A stretch of DNA of 64,000 bases from Candidatus Micrarchaeia archaeon (lineage in GTDB: Archaea > Micrarchaeota > Micrarchaeia > Burarchaeales > Fermentimicrarchaeaceae), in assembly GCA_038871515.1 (NCBI GenBank), contig JAVZHX010000001.1, positions 416,001 through 480,000 of the forward strand, in the 5' to 3' direction. The position numbers were made by a program, and so were the translations under genes. Shown in pieces: positions 57,818-64,000 of the stretch. The stretch's first letter is position 1. Each line of letters starts with the position of its first letter. The notes under the pieces are model-generated. The model was not told the DNA's origin. It saw only the letters and a program-made list of their open reading frames with translations, and did no database searches.

Positions 57818-58591
57818 ATGAGAAAAACAACCATATTTATACTGCTCCTGCTAACGCTTGTTGCAAGAGCGGACTTTCATGATTTGTCGCTGAGCGTTAC
57901 TGTGAAAATTCAAACAAATGGCTCTGCAGAGGTGACAGAATTGATAAAACTCGGGGTTGACCCCGGTTCAACAGATTTATACAACAGAAGCATATACGCC
58001 AGAGAGCTTACAATAATGGATTGGCAGCAGACAACAAAAAGCGAGTATTTGAGACAGCATATCATCTCCTCTTCGCCAGCAAGAAATATGAGGATAACTC
58101 CGCAGGATTTGGAAACATATTCTTTCGTAACACAATCAACAGCAATTATAAAACTGGAGTATGAAGTTGATGGAGTTGTGATGGTTAATCACACTGGCCC
58201 AAGAACAATTACTTATACTCTCAATAAAGCTGCTCTTTCTTTCCAACCATCACCAAGCGGACCTGTGCTTCCAAGAAACAATGAGCTTACAATTATAATA
58301 CCGCCAGATGCAGTTGTCACATCCCTCTACCCTGACCCAACAGAGCCAGAGGTGAAAAGAAACTACCTCAACCAAGTTTTAGGGGTGAGCAACTTCACTT
58401 GGAAGGGAACAGTGCCACTTATGGAGTTCACTCTTGTGTTCACAAGGGAGGAGCCAATAGATGTTGAGGTGAGGAGGTTCTTTGAGGAAGTGGCAGCCTC
58501 ATTCATAGCATTCTCGCTTTCACTGCCAGGCGCGGTAGTTCTGCTCCTCCTGCTTGCTTTCGTAGTTCTTATGGCTATGCGCAAGAGGTAA
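57818..58591 (+). CDS. Secreted or membrane-anchored hypothetical protein
   Basis: N-terminal signal peptide; C-terminal hydrophobic helix followed by RKR. Confidence 0.7.
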   Translation: MRKTTIFILLLLTLVARADFHDLSLSVTVKIQTNGSAEVTELIKLGVDPGSTDLYNRSIYARELTIMDWQQTTKSEYLRQHIISSSPARNMRITPQDLETYSFVTQSTAIIKLEYEVDGVVMVNHTGPRTITYTLNKAALSFQPSPSGPVLPRNNELTIIIPPDAVVTSLYPDPTEPEVKRNYLNQVLGVSNFTWKGTVPLMEFTLVFTREEPIDVEVRRFFEEVAASFIAFSLSLPGAVVLLLLLAFVVLMAMRKR

Positions 58592-58594
58592 AAA

Positions 58595-60040
58595 ATGTTG
58601 CATCAGTACGAAAAACTAGTCCTTCTCTCACTGAGAAAAGGTGAAAAAAATATTGATGAGCTTGCACGCGACACCCAGCTTGGCAGAGATTCTGTAAGCA
58701 GGGCTTGCTACTGGCTGAAGGAGAAGGGAGCAGTTGAAATTCACGAGAGAAAAGAGATAGGTTTCAAGCTTGGGGAGGAAGGAAGGAGATTTCTGCAGAA
58801 CGGCTTTCCTGAGTTTAACCTAATTAAAAAGTTAAGCGAGGGGAAGGGAATTGAGGAGTTCACTGATGAAGAAAGAAAAATAGGCTTGCCATGGGCTAAG
58901 AGGAATGGGTGGGTAGTTGTAAAAGATGGGAAGCTGCAGCTTACTGAGAATGGAAAAAAAGCTCTGAAGGAAGGGCATGCGGAGCAGGTGCTTCTTAAAA
59001 AAATCTCAGAAGGAGCAGCACTGCAGGAATCTGCCCTGAGTTTACTGCTCAAACGCGGTGATGTGCTGAGAAAAGTTGAAAGCAAGCAGATTTCCTGTGT
59101 TCTAACCGCAGAGGGAAGAAAACTTGCAGATAAAATTTCAGCTGAAAAGGTGCAGGAAGTGAATGTGCTCACAAAGGAGCAGATTGTAACTGGAAAGTGG
59201 AGGAAGCTGAAGCTGAGAGAATATGAGGTTGAAATGCCAGTTGAAAGGTATTTCCCTGGGAAGAAGCACCCGCTTGAAAGGATGAGGGAGAGGATAAGAA
59301 GAATATTTATAGAGATGGGGTTTGAGGAGATGGAGGATAGGTTGATTGAATCCTCATTCTGGAACTTTGATGCGTTATTCCAACCGCAGGATCACCCTGC
59401 AAGAGATTTGATGGATACTTTCTATCTTTCAGCACCGGAGAGAATTCCACTTCCAAAAGATGATGTTGTTGAGAGGGTGAGGAAGGTTCATGAGGAGAAG
59501 TGGAAGTATAAATGGAGCAAGGAGCTTGCGGAGCAGGCAATACTGAGAACGCATGACACGGCAATTTCTCCGCAGTATATGGTTGAAATAAGAAATGGAA
59601 AGAGGAAAGCACCTGCAAAGTTGTTTACTGTGGGGAGAGTTTACAGGAATGAGGCAACTGACTTCAAGCATTTGAGTGAGTTTCACCAGGTTGGCGGAAT
59701 TATTGTTTATGAAGATGCAACTTTCAGGGATTTGCTTGGTTTGCTGAAAGAATTCTACAACAAGCTTGGTTTTGAGAGGATACGCTTCCGGCCAAGCTAC
59801 TTCCCGTATACTGAACCGAGCGTTGAAATTGAGGTTTATTATGAGGAGAAAAATCAGTGGCTCGAGCTAGGAGGAGCAGGTGTTTTCAGGCCGGAGGTTT
59901 GTCTTCCTACATGGGGAAAATACCCTGTGCTTGCATGGGGTTTGAGTCTAGAGAGGCCGACGATGCTGATGATGGATTTGAAGGATATAAGGATGTTTTA
60001 CAAAAACGATATTTCCTGGTTGAGGGAAGCGAGGGTTTGA
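58595..60040 (+). CDS. pheS: Phenylalanyl-tRNA synthetase alpha subunit
   Basis: Motifs WNFDALFQPQDHPARD, YRNEA.D..H..EFHQ, YFPYTEPS. Confidence 0.97.
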   Translation: MLHQYEKLVLLSLRKGEKNIDELARDTQLGRDSVSRACYWLKEKGAVEIHERKEIGFKLGEEGRRFLQNGFPEFNLIKKLSEGKGIEEFTDEERKIGLPWAKRNGWVVVKDGKLQLTENGKKALKEGHAEQVLLKKISEGAALQESALSLLLKRGDVLRKVESKQISCVLTAEGRKLADKISAEKVQEVNVLTKEQIVTGKWRKLKLREYEVEMPVERYFPGKKHPLERMRERIRRIFIEMGFEEMEDRLIESSFWNFDALFQPQDHPARDLMDTFYLSAPERIPLPKDDVVERVRKVHEEKWKYKWSKELAEQAILRTHDTAISPQYMVEIRNGKRKAPAKLFTVGRVYRNEATDFKHLSEFHQVGGIIVYEDATFRDLLGLLKEFYNKLGFERIRFRPSYFPYTEPSVEIEVYYEEKNQWLELGGAGVFRPEVCLPTWGKYPVLAWGLSLERPTMLMMDLKDIRMFYKNDISWLREARV

Positions 60041-60041
60041 G

Positions 60042-61661
60042 ATGGCTTCGGTTGTTTTCTCAAAGAGTGAGCTGAGGGAGCTTGTTGGGAGTAGGTTACG
60101 GCCTAGTGATATTGAGGGAATCCTTCCCTCTTTGGGAGTGCCCATAGAGAGAATTGATGGAGATGATGTGTGGGTTGATGTAACCCCCAACAGGCCAGAT
60201 TTGCTGAGCGTTGAGGGAATTGCGAGGTTGCTTTCCAGCTTTCTTGGGATACGCCAGAAAAGTTACACAGCCAGCAAATCAGAAGTTAAATTATACATTG
60301 AAGAGTCTGTTCTTCCAGTAAGGCCGTTTATTGTTGGGGCACTTGTGAAAGACGTTGTGATAAATGAAAGTTTAATAAAATCACTAATGCAGCTTCAGGA
60401 GAAAATACACGAAACATACGGGAGGAGGAGAAGGAAGGTTTCAATTGGGGTGCATAACTTTGATGCAGTTCAACCGCCTTTCTACTACAAAGCAGTTGAG
60501 CCGCGCAGCTACTCCTTTGTTCCACTTGATATGGAAGAGAAACTAAATCTAGCGCAAATTTTAGAGAAGCATCCAAAAGGAATTGAGTACGGAAACATAA
60601 TTTCAAACTACAACAAATACCCTCTTCTTGTTGACAGCAAAAACCAAGCGCTTTCCTTCCCCCCAATAATCAACGGTGAGCTGACAAGGGTTACTGAGAG
60701 AACAAGAAACATTTTCATAGATGTAACTGGAACGGATGAGAATGCTGTGATGGATGCGCTGAAGATAGTTGCCCTTTCGCTTGTTGACAGGGGAGGTAAA
60801 TTGTTTACAGTTGAAGTTGTTGGAAAGAAAAAACTCATAACCCCTGAATTGAAGGAGAAAGTTTTTGTGCTTCCAAAGGAGAGAATAAACAAAATGCTTG
60901 GGATGAATTTCAATGAAAAAGAAATGAAAAAGCTCCTTGCGAGGATGGGGTATGGAGTTGATAAAGGAAAAATTCGTGTTCCATGCTACAGAGTTGACGT
61001 GATGGATTGGGTTGACTTAGCTGAGGACGTTGCAATTGCTTACGGATACAACAACTTTGAGCCAACCCTACCAAACTTCTTCAGCATTGGCAAGGAGAAG
61101 CCACGCGAGGTGCTTGAAAGTAAACTGAGAGAGCTGATGATTGGGCTTGGTTTTCTTGAGGTTCTCTGCCAGAATTTAACAAATGAGAGGGACTGCTTTG
61201 ACAGGATGCTTGTTCAGGAGGAACCGTGCGTTAAAGTAAAGAACCCAAAGGTTAGTGAATACACGATGATGAGGTGCTGGCTTCTTCCATCGCTGCTCAA
61301 AGTTATTTCTGAAAGCAGGCAGGCCGAACTACCTATAAAAATATTTGAAATTGGAGATGTGGTAACGCTTGAAAAAGACAATGTTGTTGAAAGCAGAAGC
61401 ATTGGGTGCGTGCTGTATGATTCAAAAGCAACTTTCAGCATAATGAAATCAACTGCTGAGGCAATTTTCAGGGAGATGGGGTGGGAGGTTGAGATGAGAA
61501 GGTGCGAGCATCCTTCATTCATAAAGGGAAGAGTTGGGGAGCTAATTTACAAAAAGAAGAGGGTTGGCTTGCTTGGAGAGGTTCACCCACAGGTTCTCAA
61601 CAACTTCGAGCTTGAGCAGCCAGCAGTTGCTCTTGAAGTTAACCTTACTTCTTTCCTTTAA
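60042..61661 (+). CDS. pheT: Phenylalanyl-tRNA synthetase beta subunit
   Basis: Motifs PNRPDLLSVEG, SFPPIIN, D.AEDVAIAYGYN, GEVHP. Confidence 0.96.
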   Translation: MASVVFSKSELRELVGSRLRPSDIEGILPSLGVPIERIDGDDVWVDVTPNRPDLLSVEGIARLLSSFLGIRQKSYTASKSEVKLYIEESVLPVRPFIVGALVKDVVINESLIKSLMQLQEKIHETYGRRRRKVSIGVHNFDAVQPPFYYKAVEPRSYSFVPLDMEEKLNLAQILEKHPKGIEYGNIISNYNKYPLLVDSKNQALSFPPIINGELTRVTERTRNIFIDVTGTDENAVMDALKIVALSLVDRGGKLFTVEVVGKKKLITPELKEKVFVLPKERINKMLGMNFNEKEMKKLLARMGYGVDKGKIRVPCYRVDVMDWVDLAEDVAIAYGYNNFEPTLPNFFSIGKEKPREVLESKLRELMIGLGFLEVLCQNLTNERDCFDRMLVQEEPCVKVKNPKVSEYTMMRCWLLPSLLKVISESRQAELPIKIFEIGDVVTLEKDNVVESRSIGCVLYDSKATFSIMKSTAEAIFREMGWEVEMRRCEHPSFIKGRVGELIYKKKRVGLLGEVHPQVLNNFELEQPAVALEVNLTSFL

Positions 61662-62850
61662 CCTTCACTCCAATATACTCCATCTCCTCATCATCAAACC
61701 CAAAGTATTTTTGAATGTTCTCAGCGTTCTTTTTCTCCTTGCAGAGCAGTTTTATAACTGGGAAAAAAATGGAGATTGCATCCTTTGATGAAACATGGCA
61801 CATCCTCCCTATCTTCACTCCAATATTTGCTTTCATAGCTCTCTCTCCCCTGCTGCTTCCCAGCTTGCTTATTATTTTTGGAAACTGATATTTCACAAAC
61901 TTGTGGTAACGCTCCTTCTTAGCAAGCGCAACTCCTGCAGTTGCCAAATCGTTTGAATACCTGAGGAAACCCCAGTGCTGCCTTCTGATAATTCTCCCAT
62001 CAAAAATATCTGCTCTTGAAAGTGAATCATACGCTCTTGCAACATCACCCACGTCATCATACTCCAGCGGTATATTCTCCTCAACCCATCTGACAAACAT
62101 ATCCCTGTCATCAACATTCCAAATAGTTTCTCGTGCCTCCTCATACCCTTCTGCTTTAAGAACAGCTCTCACCAAATCAAACATTCCTTTCTCCCTATCT
62201 CTCTCTCCTATAACATCAGGTGAGCCAACTCCTCCCTCCCCAATTGCCTGCAAGTCATTTATTGCAGACCTTAAATCACCTGAGCTGTTAGATGCAATTT
62301 TTGCGATAATCTCCTCGCTGATTTTCACCCCTTCCTTCTCTGCAATTTTTTTCAGAAGCGATGCAATTGTTCTTGAGTTAACTCTTCTCATCGCAAGGTT
62401 TGTGCATGCGCTTCTCAAAGTTGCAAGGGACGGCTTCCATATGTCGTTTGCAGTTAGCATAACTGGCTGCTCCGCACCTCTTACTATCTCAAGTATAACC
62501 TTGCTTCCTCCCCTATCTGCTTTCTGAAGCCCATCAACTTCGTCAATCAAAATTAGTTTTTTTCCCCCAAACAGGTTGCTTGAAGCAGATGCCTCCCCAA
62601 TAACTCTCCTCACGCTTTCCTCGTCCCTCAAATCGCTCGCATTCATCTCAACAACAGGCCAGCCCATTGAGGAAGCCAGCACGTATGCAAGCGTGCTTTT
62701 GCCAACTCCCGCGGGTCCATGAAGCAGTATCGCTTTGCCCTTCCTCCCTCTCTCCCAATCAAACGCCCACTTCTTAACCTCCTCCACAATTTCAGAGTTT
62801 CCTGCGAACTGCTCAAGCGTTTTTGGGCGGTGCTTGTCACACCAAAGCAT
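61645..62850 (-). CDS. rfcL: Replication factor C large subunit
   Basis: Motifs W.DK.RP, GPAGVGKS, EMNASD.R, IDEVDG, GDLRSAINDLQ. Confidence 0.93.
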   Translation of the reverse strand: MLWCDKHRPKTLEQFAGNSEIVEEVKKWAFDWERGRKGKAILLHGPAGVGKSTLAYVLASSMGWPVVEMNASDLRDEESVRRVIGEASASSNLFGGKKLILIDEVDGLQKADRGGSKVILEIVRGAEQPVMLTANDIWKPSLATLRSACTNLAMRRVNSRTIASLLKKIAEKEGVKISEEIIAKIASNSSGDLRSAINDLQAIGEGGVGSPDVIGERDREKGMFDLVRAVLKAEGYEEARETIWNVDDRDMFVRWVEENIPLEYDDVGDVARAYDSLSRADIFDGRIIRRQHWGFLRYSNDLATAGVALAKKERYHKFVKYQFPKIISKLGSSRGERAMKANIGVKIGRMCHVSSKDAISIFFPVIKLLCKEKKNAENIQKYFGFDDEEMEYIGVKVKGKK

Positions 62851-62884
62851 AGAATAATTAAACTTGGATGGTTATTATATTCCT

Positions 62885-64000
62885 ATGCTCATAGGAGTTG
62901 TTGGGAAGACAAACACGGGCAAATCAACTTTTTTCTCAGCTGCAACTCTTGTTGATGCAAAAATTGCGCCTTTTCCTTTCACAACAATAAACCCAAATGT
63001 TGGGAAAGCATATGTCAGGGCTGCGTGCCCGTGCAAAGAGCTTAATGTGAAATGCAACCCAAGAAACTCACTCTGCGAGAATGGGGTGCGTCTGATACCA
63101 ATTGACTTAATAGACGTTGCTGGGCTTGTGCCAGACGCCCATCTTGGGAAGGGACTTGGTTTGAAGTTTCTTGATGATTTACGGAGTGCAGATGCGCTTA
63201 TCCAGGTTGTTGATGCATCTGGAACAACTGATGCAGAGGGGAAGCAGTGTGATTTTTATGACCCTGCAAACGAAGTTGTTTTCCTTGAAGAGGAGATGAG
63301 CCACTGGATAGCCGGAATAATAAAAAGGAGCTGGAGCAGGATAAAAGGAAAAAACATTGATTCCCTTGCAGGACTTCTTTCTGGTTTGAAGGTGACGCAG
63401 GAAGAAGTTGAGAAAGCCGCTTCCCAACTCTTTCTTGCAAAGGAGAATATAAACTGGAGTGATGAGGATATACTTGCATTTGCAAGAGAAGTTAGAAAAA
63501 TTTCAAAGCCAATCATTATAGCTGCAAACAAGATTGATTTGCCAAACGCAGATGAAAACTACAGGAAGCTCAGGGAGCGCTTTAAGGATAAGATAATTGC
63601 GCCAACGTGTGCTGAGGCTGAGCTTGCGCTCAGAAAGGCAGCAAAGCAAGGGGTTATTCAATACGTGCCAGGTGACAGCAACTTCAAAGTAATCTCGCAA
63701 AACCTGCAGGAGAAGCAGCTTTCTGCTTTGGAGTTCATAAGGGAGAGAGTGCTTCTGAAATACGGGGGAAGTGGGGTGCAGGAATTGATAAACAAGGCTG
63801 CTTTTGAGCTGCTGAAATTGATTGTTGTCTACCCAGTTGAGGATGAGAATAAATTTTCAGATCATTTTGGGAATGTGCTTCCAGACGCAATTCTCATGAA
63901 ACAGGGTTCAACCGCATTTGATTTGGCTGCAAAAATACACACGGAGCTTGCTGATAAATTTGTATGCGCTGTTAATGCAAGAACTAAGATGAGGGTGGGA
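62885..64000 (+). CDS. ychF: YchF/Obg-family translation-associated NTPase (3' end outside the window)
   Basis: Manual translation MLIGVVGKTNTGKSTFF...PFTTINPNVG, DVAGLVPDAH.GKGLG..FLDD, ANKID; missing from the ORF track. Confidence 0.9.
   Translation, partial: MLIGVVGKTNTGKSTFFSAATLVDAKIAPFPFTTINPNVGKAYVRAACPCKELNVKCNPRNSLCENGVRLIPIDLIDVAGLVPDAHLGKGLGLKFLDDLRSADALIQVVDASGTTDAEGKQCDFYDPANEVVFLEEEMSHWIAGIIKRSWSRIKGKNIDSLAGLLSGLKVTQEEVEKAASQLFLAKENINWSDEDILAFAREVRKISKPIIIAANKIDLPNADENYRKLRERFKDKIIAPTCAEAELALRKAAKQGVIQYVPGDSNFKVISQNLQEKQLSALEFIRERVLLKYGGSGVQELINKAAFELLKLIVVYPVEDENKFSDHFGNVLPDAILMKQGSTAFDLAAKIHTELADKFVCAVNARTKMRVG

Noticed and set aside
1217..63700. Numerous 60-230 aa ORFs overlapping well-supported genes (e.g. 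5653-6123, 19148-19828, 49731-50336, 52551-53144)
   Set aside because: Shadow ORFs produced by strand-biased composition; low-complexity translations with no motifs.

Overview
Archaeal chromosomal window. The evidence is PolB, TFE, Trm56, class I LysRS, RFC-L, TIP49 and BHB-intron tRNAs. The gene style suggests a DPANN/Micrarchaeota-like lineage, but that is inference. Housekeeping blocks at 1-20.4 kb (map, polB, rpiA, purSLQ, intein-containing purD-like, pyrDKE) and 43.3-64 kb (tfe, lysS, carAB, pheST, rfcL, ychF) flank a ~22.5 kb accessory region that ends at tRNA-iMet. This region holds six toxin-antitoxin loci, COG1373 ATPases, a duplicated unknown/Lrp/methyltransferase module and FIST/roadblock/GGR/KaiC genes. 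Top finding: a protein-coding gene (COG2403/ArcE-like, 53141-54512, minus strand) is interrupted inside its conserved GAAGRD|FHNFN motif by a 31-nt bulge-helix-bulge (tRNA-type) intron. A free-standing LAGLIDADG endonuclease gene sits immediately upstream and overlaps its start codon, which suggests an endonuclease plus mini-intron homing unit. Also notable: all three tRNAs carry non-canonical BHB introns, and strand composition flips sharply at ~7.7 kb across an intergenic region with two 20-bp palindromes (candidate replication origin or terminus). All calls come from reading motifs by eye; no database searches were run.
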